Source: Bacillota bacterium
Lineage (GTDB): Bacteria; Bacillota_I; Bacilli_A; ML615J-28; CAG-313
Assembly: GCA_963648435.1 (NCBI GenBank)
Contig: CAVJDT010000004.1
Span: forward strand, 1-61,260
DNA: 61,260 nucleotides
Reading direction: 5' to 3'
Shown: positions 26,777-36,035 of the stretch, in pieces
Position numbering within the stretch: the stretch's first letter is position 1
How the letters are laid out: every line of letters starts with the position of its first letter
Notes under the pieces: generated by a model
The model's input: the letters and a program-made list of their open reading frames with translations, nothing else
Database searches by the model: none
Told to the model about the DNA's origin: nothing
Translations under genes and position numbers: made by a program

Positions 26777-27112
26777 TTAGAAATCTAAGTTGTAACTATT
26801 GTCAGTTAAATTAAGATACTCGGTTTCAACATGATATGTTTTTTCTAAATAATCCATAATCTGTTTATTATAAATATTTGTATAAACAATTTTTCTAACA
26901 TTTAAAGTAATAACTAATTCTTCTAAATGAACTGCCGTACTTGAAACTAAACCATTTTTAAGAATTATTTGAAAAGGAACTATTAAATCTACATCTTCAT
27001 TTATCGTTTTAACATTACACATTTTATTAATAATCATCATTCGCTTACTAAATTTACTGTTTTTCACAAAGTTTTGTAATTGTTTATCCATATTACCAAT
27101 AATTAAAATCAT
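26777..27112 (-). CDS. Hypothetical 111-aa cytoplasmic protein
   Basis: ATG 27112 behind AGGGGTGA. The ORF-track start 27172 overlaps the divergent promoter. No family recognised. Confidence 0.5.
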   Translation of the reverse strand: MILIIGNMDKQLQNFVKNSKFSKRMMIINKMCNVKTINEDVDLIVPFQIILKNGLVSSTAVHLEELVITLNVRKIVYTNIYNKQIMDYLEKTYHVETEYLNLTDNSYNLDF

Positions 27113-27166
27113 TATTATCACCCCTATATAATATGCAAGTTTTAATAAATTGTTTAAGCCAATGCC

Positions 27167-27195
27167 TTGCAAAAAATAAAAAGATAAGATAAAAT
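27167..27195 (+). promoter_or_regulatory. Sigma-A promoter of gene 27216-27734
   Basis: TTGCAA - 17 nt - TAAAAT. Confidence 0.6.
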
Positions 27196-27215
27196 ATTGA
27201 AAAAGGAGTAATTAT

Positions 27216-27734
27216 ATGCCATATATTTTAATTATTGTGGGAATCATGATTCTCATATTTATTACAATTAGTATCATTAAACCAATTAAACATAAAAATA
27301 GTTTTGAATCATCTTTAAAGGAATTTTTAGAAAGCAATTATCATGAGCACTTCAAACTTCAAAAAAGTAATAATTCTTTATATAATTATGAACTAGAAAT
27401 ATATGATCACAAATTTGTCTTAAAAACTATTTCAATTCCAAGTTATGCAGAAGTGCAAATCAATAACAAAGTTACTTGGGAAATTAAATATGGAGCAGGA
27501 GCAACCCCAGGCCGTGCACAGCCCAATAAAAAATACTTATCAGGTATCGCTGGCTTTATGAATTATCAAAATAATGAGGCTTTAAAAGTTGTAGTTTTAA
27601 TTCCTGAAAGTAAACAAACCGTAATGTACATTAATGAATGTGAAATCATTTTAGTAACACCTATGACAAATGTTTATGGAATTAGAATCATGAACTGTAA
27701 TGATTTTACCCTTTTTAAAGATTTGAAAAAATAA
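27216..27734 (+). CDS. Hypothetical membrane-anchored protein (one N-terminal TM plus about 140-aa soluble domain)
   Basis: AAGGAG RBS, own promoter, hairpin terminator. A possible D...E.K nuclease-like pattern (YDHKF...EVQ...EIK) is only a guess. Confidence 0.55.
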   Translation: MPYILIIVGIMILIFITISIIKPIKHKNSFESSLKEFLESNYHEHFKLQKSNNSLYNYELEIYDHKFVLKTISIPSYAEVQINNKVTWEIKYGAGATPGRAQPNKKYLSGIAGFMNYQNNEALKVVVLIPESKQTVMYINECEIILVTPMTNVYGIRIMNCNDFTLFKDLKK

Positions 27735-27740
27735 CTTAAA

Positions 27741-27778
27741 AAAACAAGCAAATATATTTTTGCTTGTTTTAATTTTTT
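27741..27778. terminator. Bidirectional terminator between convergent gene 27216-27734 and the CNNM gene
   Basis: 12-bp stem 27741-27752 / 27759-27770 flanked by A and T runs. Confidence 0.75.
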
Positions 27779-29022
27779 TCAATTTCAACTTTAACATTTT
27801 CAACCCGCATTTTATCAACTTCCATAATTGTAACTTTAACATTGGCGAAAGTGAAAGTTTCACCAACTTCGGGGAACTTTTCTAAAATGTCAGTACACCA
27901 ACCCCCAACTGTGGTATATTCAGCTTCAAAATCACGATCATCATAATTAATTAACTCAAAAAAGTCATAAATATTCATATCGCCATCAACTTTATAGGTG
28001 TGATCATCTAATTGCTCATAATCAAGGACAACTTCATCCATTTCATCAAAAACATCACCGATTAATTCTTCAATAATATCTTCGGCAGTTAAAATACCCA
28101 TAACTCCGCCAAATTCATCAATGACAATGGCAATATGTAAATGGTTTTTCTTGAGTTCCGTTAAGATATTAGAGATTGATTTAGTTTTGTGAACAAAATA
28201 TGGTTTTGAAAGCATTGAGCGAATGTCAATAGGTTCATTTGATAATACTTTTTTAATAAGTTCAGTTGTATTTAAGATTCCAATAACATTATCAATGGTA
28301 TCTTCATAGACTGGTACTCGTGAATATTTGTAAATTAACTCATCATTTAAAATTTCTTCCGTGGAATCATCGATATTAATAGCGAAAACATCAACACGAG
28401 GAATCATTATTTCATGAGCTGTAACATCACAAAAGTCAATCGCTGACTTAATTAGTTCGGCATCATCTTGGTCAATGACACCTTCTTCTTCAAGTTCTTC
28501 CGCAATCGTAATTAACTCTTCATCGGTTGCGGTGGGAAGAGATTCTTCTTCCTTATAATTTCTAAGTAAAAAGGAAACAACCTTATTAATGATAAAACTC
28601 AAAGGGTAGAAAATTACTTTAAAGAATTTGAAAATCTTTGTATATAAAAGTGACAATCTATAGGCATATTTCGTACCAAAGGTTTTAGGTAAAATTTCAC
28701 CAAAGATTAAAACTACTGAAGTTAGAATAACCGTTGATAAAATCGGGCCTAACTCTTCTCCAAAGTGTTTAACGGCGATAAGCGTACCAAGTGATGAAAT
28801 TAAAATATTAACTAAATTATTTCCAACTAGTACGGTTGAAAGTAAAATTGGATAATTATCAATAATTGAGATAGCATCAAGAGCATTTTTATTGTTTTCA
28901 GATTCTTTTTTTAATCTTATTTTACTAGCCGTTGAATAAGCTATTTCGCAAGATGAAAAGAAAGCGGAAAAGACTACTAAAATGGCAATCGCAATAATCA
29001 TTATAATCTCATATGATTTCAT
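27769..29022 (-). CDS. CNNM/HlyC-CorC family transporter (DUF21-CBS pair-CorC_HlyC)
   Basis: 4 TM DUF21 N-terminus, CBS pair, C-terminal CorC_HlyC domain (YTVGGW...). TAATG coupling to the upstream paralog. Confidence 0.8.
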   Translation of the reverse strand: MKSYEIIMIIAIAILVVFSAFFSSCEIAYSTASKIRLKKESENNKNALDAISIIDNYPILLSTVLVGNNLVNILISSLGTLIAVKHFGEELGPILSTVILTSVVLIFGEILPKTFGTKYAYRLSLLYTKIFKFFKVIFYPLSFIINKVVSFLLRNYKEEESLPTATDEELITIAEELEEEGVIDQDDAELIKSAIDFCDVTAHEIMIPRVDVFAINIDDSTEEILNDELIYKYSRVPVYEDTIDNVIGILNTTELIKKVLSNEPIDIRSMLSKPYFVHKTKSISNILTELKKNHLHIAIVIDEFGGVMGILTAEDIIEELIGDVFDEMDEVVLDYEQLDDHTYKVDGDMNIYDFFELINYDDRDFEAEYTTVGGWCTDILEKFPEVGETFTFANVKVTIMEVDKMRVENVKVEIEKN

Positions 29023-30080
29023 TACTTAGCACCTCCTTTTTGAGGGGCTTCTTCTTCAAGTTCACCAACAAGTTCTTCTAAAACATCTTCAAGCGTAACA
29101 ACACCAACAATTTTATTTTCACTATTTCTAACAATAGCTAAATGCTTCTTTTGTTGTTTAAAGATATCAACCATATCATCAAGTTTACAGTTATCTTGAA
29201 CAAAGAAAGGTTCAGATATTGCGGTTTTAATAGAGAAATTTTTATTTTTCATTACGCTTTTTAAGAATTTACGAACATGAAAAATTCCAATAACATTATC
29301 AATGGTACCATCATATACCGGAATTCTTGAAAATTCAATATTTTTTAAGTAATTCATTAATTCTCGCTTTGAAGTTTTCTTAATATCAATTGCAACAACT
29401 TTATCAATTGGGGTTAAAACATCTTTAACGGTAATATCACCAAAATCAACAGCTGCTTGAATAATATCACTTTCTTCTTCATCAATTCCCCCTTCTTCCT
29501 CAACTGTTTCAACAATGCCTTGAAATTCATCTTCAGTCATAGTGTTTTGATTATCATCTACCTTACAAATTTTTTTAATAGCTTTAAGTAAGAGATTTAG
29601 TAAAAACATGATTGGGAAAAATAGAATGTGGAAAAACACTAAAGGATAGCATAAGAAAAGAATAAATTTATCAGCTTTTTCTTTAGCCATATTTTTAGGA
29701 ATTACTTCTCCAAAAAATAAGATAAGTAAAGTCATAACAATCGTCGAGATAGTTGATGCTAAACTATCATTACCTTGAAATATTACTAAAAATACGATGG
29801 TTGCAAGTGATGAAGCTAAAATATTAACGATATTATTACCTATTAATAATGTAATAATTGAACGATCATACATATTAATTAGTTTCATTGCGAGTTTCGC
29901 AGATTTACTTCCATTTTCAGCTTTAACTTTAATACGAACCCGGTTACAACAAGTAAGGGAAGTTTCGGTAGCACTAAAGAAAGCCGAAAGAATTATTAAT
30001 ACTACAATTAAGGCACTAAAACTATAGACCTTAGTTAAATTAGTTAAACTGAGATTTGGCAAAGGGACCAGCGGATCCAT
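29022..30080 (-). CDS. CNNM family transporter paralog (DUF21-CBS pair, no CorC_HlyC domain)
   Basis: Same DUF21 plus CBS architecture (GEVIPKN, TPIDKVVAIDI), ending right after the CBS pair. Confidence 0.75.
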   Translation of the reverse strand: MDPLVPLPNLSLTNLTKVYSFSALIVVLIILSAFFSATETSLTCCNRVRIKVKAENGSKSAKLAMKLINMYDRSIITLLIGNNIVNILASSLATIVFLVIFQGNDSLASTISTIVMTLLILFFGEVIPKNMAKEKADKFILFLCYPLVFFHILFFPIMFLLNLLLKAIKKICKVDDNQNTMTEDEFQGIVETVEEEGGIDEEESDIIQAAVDFGDITVKDVLTPIDKVVAIDIKKTSKRELMNYLKNIEFSRIPVYDGTIDNVIGIFHVRKFLKSVMKNKNFSIKTAISEPFFVQDNCKLDDMVDIFKQQKKHLAIVRNSENKIVGVVTLEDVLEELVGELEEEAPQKGGAK

Positions 30081-30103
30081 TATTATATCACTCCTTAAAA
30101 TTA

Positions 30104-31810
30104 TTATCGACAGTTTTTAACAGCATTCACGACTGTTTCATAAGCCTCGTCAAGGCTATATTCTTTTTTTATCATCGTTTTACGTTCTTTAAATTCAACA
30201 ATATCATCCCCCGCAAGTCTACCTACGGTAATGATATAAGGAATACCGATTAATTCCCAATCTTTGAATTTAAAACCAGGTCGTTCATCACGATCATCTA
30301 AAATTACTTCAACTTTTGATGCTTTGAACTTTTCATAAAGTTCTGTTGCTTTACTACGCATCAACTCATCATTATAATTAATTGGCACAATAACCACATG
30401 ATAAGGGGCTACATTTAAAGGCCAACAAATGCCATGTTCATCATGATATTGTTCAATAATACTTGACATTGTTCTTGTAACACCAATGCCATAGCATCCC
30501 ATAACAATCGGCTTTAATTCGCCATTTTCATCTTGATATACACAGTTCATAGGTTTTGAATACTTTGTTCCTAGTTTAAAGATCTGTCCAACTTCAATGC
30601 CTTTTTCCATTTTTAGAGGTCTACCACAAACAGGACAGCGGTCTCCTATTGCAACTTTACGGACTTCAATAACTTCACCAATAAAATCGCGTTTGAAATT
30701 AGCATTAATAAAGTGATAGTTAGCTTCGTTTCCTCCAACCACAAAGTTTTTCATAATTGCAACTTCATCATCAACCAAAGTTTTAACATTTAAACCAATC
30801 GGACTAACAAAGCCTTCAACTGAACCTAACAATAAAATATCATCATAACTTGCAAGTACTAATTCATATTCAGCTATGTCAAGGGCATTTACAACCTTTA
30901 TTTCATTAACCTCACGATCACCCCGAACAAGCACTACGACTAGTTCATTATGGGCTAAGTCTTTATAAACAATTGATTTTACAATATCTTTAGGGGTAAG
31001 TTTTAAGAATGAACTTACTTCATCAATTGTCTTTTGATTAGGAGTATAAACTTTTTCAAGTGGTAACAAAGCTTCAGTTGTTTTATACTCATTGATTAAG
31101 GATGTGGCTTTTTCTTCATCAGCCGCATATCCACAATCACAATAAGCAATATCACTTTCTCCAATTTCACTAATCGCCATAAACTGATGAGACCCAGATC
31201 CACCAATTGCCCCAGTATCAGCTAAAACTATTTTATAATTTAAGCCAAAACGATCAAAAATTCGTTTATAGGTTTCATACATATTATGATATGAGACATC
31301 AAGACCACTTTCATCTAAATCAAATGAATAAGCATCCTTCATAATAAATTCACGACTACGCATTAAACCAAATCTAGGACGTAATTCATCACGATATTTG
31401 GTTTGAATTTGATAAATATTTAAAGGTAAGCTTTTACGTGATTTAATTTCATTACGAACTAAATCAGTAAAAATTTCTTCATGTGTTGGACCTAAACAAA
31501 ATTCACGTTCATGACGGTCTTTAAATCTAATTAGTTCGGGACCATATTTTTGCCATCTTCCTGATTCAACCCATAATTCTTTGGGCTGAATAGCTGATGA
31601 TAAAATTTCTTGGCCTCCCGCTTCATCCATTTCTTCACGGATAATTTTCTCTACTTTATAAAGAGTTCTTAAACCAAGGGGTAAATAATTATATACACCA
31701 GCAACTAGTTTTCTAATCATCCCGGCTCTAATTAGAAGAATATGGCTGGAAATTTGGGCTTCATTTGGAGCTTCCTTGAGGGTCGCTATAATCATTTTTG
31801 ATGCTTTCAT
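30104..31810 (-). CDS. proS: Prolyl-tRNA synthetase (bacterial type with INS editing domain)
   Basis: MKASKMIIATLKEAPNEAQISSHILLIRAGMIRK..., class II motifs, 568 aa. Confidence 0.95.
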   Translation of the reverse strand: MKASKMIIATLKEAPNEAQISSHILLIRAGMIRKLVAGVYNYLPLGLRTLYKVEKIIREEMDEAGGQEILSSAIQPKELWVESGRWQKYGPELIRFKDRHEREFCLGPTHEEIFTDLVRNEIKSRKSLPLNIYQIQTKYRDELRPRFGLMRSREFIMKDAYSFDLDESGLDVSYHNMYETYKRIFDRFGLNYKIVLADTGAIGGSGSHQFMAISEIGESDIAYCDCGYAADEEKATSLINEYKTTEALLPLEKVYTPNQKTIDEVSSFLKLTPKDIVKSIVYKDLAHNELVVVLVRGDREVNEIKVVNALDIAEYELVLASYDDILLLGSVEGFVSPIGLNVKTLVDDEVAIMKNFVVGGNEANYHFINANFKRDFIGEVIEVRKVAIGDRCPVCGRPLKMEKGIEVGQIFKLGTKYSKPMNCVYQDENGELKPIVMGCYGIGVTRTMSSIIEQYHDEHGICWPLNVAPYHVVIVPINYNDELMRSKATELYEKFKASKVEVILDDRDERPGFKFKDWELIGIPYIITVGRLAGDDIVEFKERKTMIKKEYSLDEAYETVVNAVKNCR

Positions 31811-31843
31811 ATTTTTGTATCTCTTTTCTATAAATTACAAAAC

Positions 31844-31872
31844 ATTATAGCACATTTTTTCATTTTTTTCAA
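31844..31872 (-). promoter_or_regulatory. Sigma-A promoter of proS
   Basis: - strand TTGAAA - 17 nt - TGcTATAAT. Leaves a leader of only about 30 nt. Confidence 0.7.
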
Positions 31873-31889
31873 CAATAAAGAAAAACCTG

Positions 31890-33221
31890 CTATTTACCAG
31901 AAATCATTAAACTTCTAACTTTAAAGGAAGGAGAAACTACACCGCTAAAGCGATCTTTAATATTACTTGCAATTTCTTCAACATCATTCATCATTTCATA
32001 GAAGTTACCACTAATTACAAATAAAGTAATCGGCTTAGTTTTTACACCATTTTCAATCATAAAGCCTAATGCTTGTAAATTGAAATCACCAGATATTGTA
32101 TTTAAACCTGCATGAAGACCATTTAGTTCAGTTATATAAATACCATTTGGCGTATGTTTAATTATTTCTTCTTCACTATAAATTCCTGGTTTTAAGTATA
32201 AGTTAGTAGGCGAAGTTGAAACACTACTCTTAATGCCGTGTTTAAAACCATTACCCGTTGAAACAGTATTAAAATAATTTGCGGTCTTCAAACTATGAAG
32301 GAAGCCTTTAAATACTCCATTTTCCACAACTGACTTCGTTTGGCAAGGAACACCTTCATCATCAAAAGGAATTTTATCAATACTTTTTTCACAAAAAGGA
32401 TCATCAATAATGGTAATATTTTCACCAAAAACTTTTTGTCCTTCTTTACCAGCTAAACTCGTAAGTTTTCGTAAGGCACTTTCACCAACAAAAATTGATG
32501 AAAACGCCGCAAGTAAATCACTAGCTGTATCATTTGAAAAAATAATAGGATATTTTTTACTTTCAATAGTCTCTGCTCCTAATGAATTAACCGCATTTTC
32601 CACAGCTTCTTTAATGATACGGTCTTTTTCAATATTATCAAATACATTATTAATGTCTTGACTAAGTCCCATTGTTACATGTGTGCCGTCTGATGCACTG
32701 AGTCCTAAAAAGGCATACATATACGAAACCGAACGCTCTAAATCAAGTCCTTTAGAGTTGACAATCCTAATTTTAACCGCATTTTCCCCATATTGACAGT
32801 ATCCCGCCGCAACAATTCTTGAATCTTTTTCTTTTGAAGTTTTTTCTAAATATTTTAAAAGTTCTACTTTTTCTTGTAAAGAATGTTCTTTATAGTCAGC
32901 TTCTTTGTTTACAACTTTAGGATATTTTTTACTACCTTCATATATAAATTCAGATTCTGTTGAAGTTAGTGATTTGGCATTTTCAATTAATGTTTTTAAT
33001 AACGCTTCAATTTCAGTTTTTTCTAAAGTTTCCGTATAAACATAGCACATTTTACCATTATATTTACCTCTTATTGACATTCCAAAAGTATTACTTGAAT
33101 TATAGTTAGAAAGTTCGCCATTAAAGACTTTAACAACATTACCTTCTTTATTTTCTGAATATAATTCAATTTCTTCAAGTCCTAGTTTTAATCCTAAATC
33201 GATTATTTCCTTATATTTCAT
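31890..33221 (-). CDS. pmbA: Metalloprotease PmbA/TldE
   Basis: 443-aa PmbA_TldD-family protein lacking HExxxH. TAATG-coupled to tldD. Confidence 0.8.
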   Translation of the reverse strand: MKYKEIIDLGLKLGLEEIELYSENKEGNVVKVFNGELSNYNSSNTFGMSIRGKYNGKMCYVYTETLEKTEIEALLKTLIENAKSLTSTESEFIYEGSKKYPKVVNKEADYKEHSLQEKVELLKYLEKTSKEKDSRIVAAGYCQYGENAVKIRIVNSKGLDLERSVSYMYAFLGLSASDGTHVTMGLSQDINNVFDNIEKDRIIKEAVENAVNSLGAETIESKKYPIIFSNDTASDLLAAFSSIFVGESALRKLTSLAGKEGQKVFGENITIIDDPFCEKSIDKIPFDDEGVPCQTKSVVENGVFKGFLHSLKTANYFNTVSTGNGFKHGIKSSVSTSPTNLYLKPGIYSEEEIIKHTPNGIYITELNGLHAGLNTISGDFNLQALGFMIENGVKTKPITLFVISGNFYEMMNDVEEIASNIKDRFSGVVSPSFKVRSLMISGK

Positions 33222-34621
33222 TATTTATTGCCTCCCTTTCCACCTACGGTTATATGGGATACCCTAATGGTTGGTTGACCAACATTAGTTGGTATTGACC
33301 CACTTTCAGAACCACACATGCCATGTGAACATTCAAGATTATCTGCTATCATGTCAATGTTCATTAATATTTCAAGTCCAGAACCAACTAAAGTTGCCCC
33401 TCTAACTGGTTTTGTGATTTTACCATCTTCAATTAAATAGCCTACAGCTACCGCAAAGTTAAATTCACCGGTTGCGGGGTTAACTGAGCCTCCACCCATT
33501 TTTTCAGCATATAATCCATATTTAGTATTTTTAATGATTTCATCAAAGGTACTAGTACCATTTAAAAAGTAAGTATTAGTCATCCGTGAAGTGGTTGTAT
33601 TACGGTATGATTCACGGCGTGAAGAACCAGTAATCGGGTGATTCATTATTTTAGCATTTTTCTTATCCACTAGATAAGATTTAAGAATGCCATTTTCAAT
33701 TAAAACATTGCATCTACTTGGCGTACCTTCATCATCAACATTAATTGAACCCCAAGCATTAAGGTTAGTACCATCATCTACGGCGTTTACAATATCACTA
33801 GCTATTTTTTGGCCTAATTTATTACAAAATACCGACATACCTTTTGCAACACTAGTTGCTTCAAGTCCGTGCACACAAGCTTCATGGAGAATTACTCCAC
33901 CAAAACCATTATTGATGACAACTGGAATGTCACCGCCTGGCATTTCTTCCGCATGTAACATCGTTACCGCGTCATAAGCAGCAGTCAATCCAAGATCAGC
34001 AGGATCAATTTCATCAAACATTTCCATACCTTGGTTACGGCCAAATTGAGCATAACCAGTTTGCATGTCTTTTCCATCACTTGCAATCGCTGAGCATGTT
34101 AATCTTGTATTAGCTCTTGTATCGGTTTGCCAAGTTCCATCACTTGCAAAAACAAAGATGTCTTGAAGTTTTTTAGTTATTCGCGTAATTACTTGAGTAA
34201 TTTCTTTACTATAAGTAATTGCCGCATGTGATGCTTTCGTCATAAGGCTTATTTCATAATCATTATTTTTGCTTGTATATACCTTAGGGTCAACTACTTT
34301 TTCTACTACTTTTGTTACAAAGTTTTCCACATTTGTGCATCTTTTTTCATGAAAACTTTCCGCAAGTTTAAAAGATGCTTTTTTAAGTTCATCGGCTGTA
34401 CAATTAGTAATACTAGCATTAACTTCAACCATACCTTTAATTATCCGAATAGCGGCACCTTGAACTTTCGATACATTTATTTTTGTTACTTTATCAAGGG
34501 TCATTTCATATTCTTCATACGTTGTATCTTCCATAAATACTTCAGCGAATTCACCACCCGTTGATAAGGCAATTTCAAGTATTTCTTTTCCTAATTCTTT
34601 TGTAATTCCAAAATTTTTCAT
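33221..34621 (-). CDS. tldD: Metalloprotease TldD
   Basis: 466 aa, HExxxH motif (HEACVH), GxC C-terminal motifs. Confidence 0.85.
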   Translation of the reverse strand: MKNFGITKELGKEILEIALSTGGEFAEVFMEDTTYEEYEMTLDKVTKINVSKVQGAAIRIIKGMVEVNASITNCTADELKKASFKLAESFHEKRCTNVENFVTKVVEKVVDPKVYTSKNNDYEISLMTKASHAAITYSKEITQVITRITKKLQDIFVFASDGTWQTDTRANTRLTCSAIASDGKDMQTGYAQFGRNQGMEMFDEIDPADLGLTAAYDAVTMLHAEEMPGGDIPVVINNGFGGVILHEACVHGLEATSVAKGMSVFCNKLGQKIASDIVNAVDDGTNLNAWGSINVDDEGTPSRCNVLIENGILKSYLVDKKNAKIMNHPITGSSRRESYRNTTTSRMTNTYFLNGTSTFDEIIKNTKYGLYAEKMGGGSVNPATGEFNFAVAVGYLIEDGKITKPVRGATLVGSGLEILMNIDMIADNLECSHGMCGSESGSIPTNVGQPTIRVSHITVGGKGGNK

Positions 34622-34713
34622 AATATCATCCTTTCTGATATTATTTTAACAAAATTATTATATAAAAAAAAGAAAAAAGACTTATTATGGCCTTTTTTTC
34701 TTCATGAAAACGC

Positions 34714-34953
34714 TTATTTTAGATAATTAAACAAATTATCATTTATTCCATTTTGCTTTATTTCTCTAACTATTTTATTTTCTTGAGCTTTATCTATAGG
34801 TTTATTGGCAAGTTTAGATACATCTTTAATAATTTTTCGAATACTAGCTTCAACTGTCAAATCCATCGTTCTTACTTTTTCAACTAATTCAAACAACTCT
34901 TCAGGTTTAATGTTGTTTTCGGAAATAAAACTCATAGCTTTATTAATGTTCAT
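34714..34953 (-). CDS. spoVIF: Stage VI sporulation protein F-like small protein
   Basis: 79 aa. DLTVEASIRKIIKDVSKLANKPIDKAQENKIVREI parallels the B. subtilis SpoVIF pattern DENTVRSVINRVAQMANRRVPKELEDKIVESI, quoted from memory. Confidence 0.55.
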   Translation of the reverse strand: MNINKAMSFISENNIKPEELFELVEKVRTMDLTVEASIRKIIKDVSKLANKPIDKAQENKIVREIKQNGINDNLFNYLK

Positions 34954-35036
34954 AATTTCACCTCATTACATTCTATGCAATAACCCAAAAAAAGTGAAAG
35001 AAATTTAAAAAAAGGAAAGTGAAAATCACTATTCCT

Positions 35037-36035
35037 TTATTCTTCTTTAAATGAACGCATTAATAATTCATTAACTGCGTCTTTTACAGGCATCTTTAAA
35101 TATATAACTTTATATACCGCCTTAATTATTGGTGCATCTATTTTTAATTTATCAACTAACTCGTTAACCGCAAGTGCTGTTCTTGCTCCTTCAACGACCA
35201 TATCCATAGAAGCAATAGTTTCATCTAAACTTTTACCACTTGCAAGTTTAACCCCAGCTTGAAAGTTTCTTGAATGATGGGAGGTTGTTGTGACAATTAA
35301 ATCACCAACTCCCGTTAACCCATATAACGTCTCTTCTTTTGCGCCAAGTAAAACTACAATTCGGCGCATTTCCACTAAAGCTCTAGCAATAAGACCAGCT
35401 CTGGCATTGTCACCAAACCCTAAGCCTTCGAGCATACCTGATGCAATAGCATAAACATTTTTAATGGCAGCACAAAGTTCAGAACCAATTAAATCACTAC
35501 CTGTATACACTCTAAAATTAGTATGATTACTAAAGAGGCGTTGAACTGTTAAGGCATCTTCTTTATTAGTACTTACCGCACAAATGGTAGTAGGAAGTTT
35601 AATAATAACTTCCTCCGCATGACTTGGACCGGTTAAAGCAACAAAGCCTCCTAAATACATTCTCGGAATAATTTCATATACAATTTCAGAAATGCGTTTA
35701 AAGGTATCAGGCTCTAAGCCTTTACTTGTATTAATAAATAATTTTTTAGATGTTATTACCTTACTTATTTGTTCTAAAACACTTCTCATTACTTTAGTTG
35801 GAACTGATAAAACAAGATAATCCGAAAAATTTACTGCTTCACTAATATCTAGAGTTGCTTTTATTGAGTTATCAATTTTTACACCTGGTAGTTTATGATT
35901 TTGATGTTCATTATTAATTTCATCAATTGTTTTTTTTGTATGATCAAACATTAAGACTTGATGGTGATTTTCACACAAGATATTGGCAAGGGCACAACCC
36001 CAACTACCCGCCCCAATAATCGTAATTTTACTCAT
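35037..36035 (-). CDS. gpsA: NAD(P)H-dependent glycerol-3-phosphate dehydrogenase
   Basis: MSKITIIGAGSWGCALA Rossmann N-terminus. der-gpsA order conserved. Confidence 0.93.
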   Translation of the reverse strand: MSKITIIGAGSWGCALANILCENHHQVLMFDHTKKTIDEINNEHQNHKLPGVKIDNSIKATLDISEAVNFSDYLVLSVPTKVMRSVLEQISKVITSKKLFINTSKGLEPDTFKRISEIVYEIIPRMYLGGFVALTGPSHAEEVIIKLPTTICAVSTNKEDALTVQRLFSNHTNFRVYTGSDLIGSELCAAIKNVYAIASGMLEGLGFGDNARAGLIARALVEMRRIVVLLGAKEETLYGLTGVGDLIVTTTSHHSRNFQAGVKLASGKSLDETIASMDMVVEGARTALAVNELVDKLKIDAPIIKAVYKVIYLKMPVKDAVNELLMRSFKEE

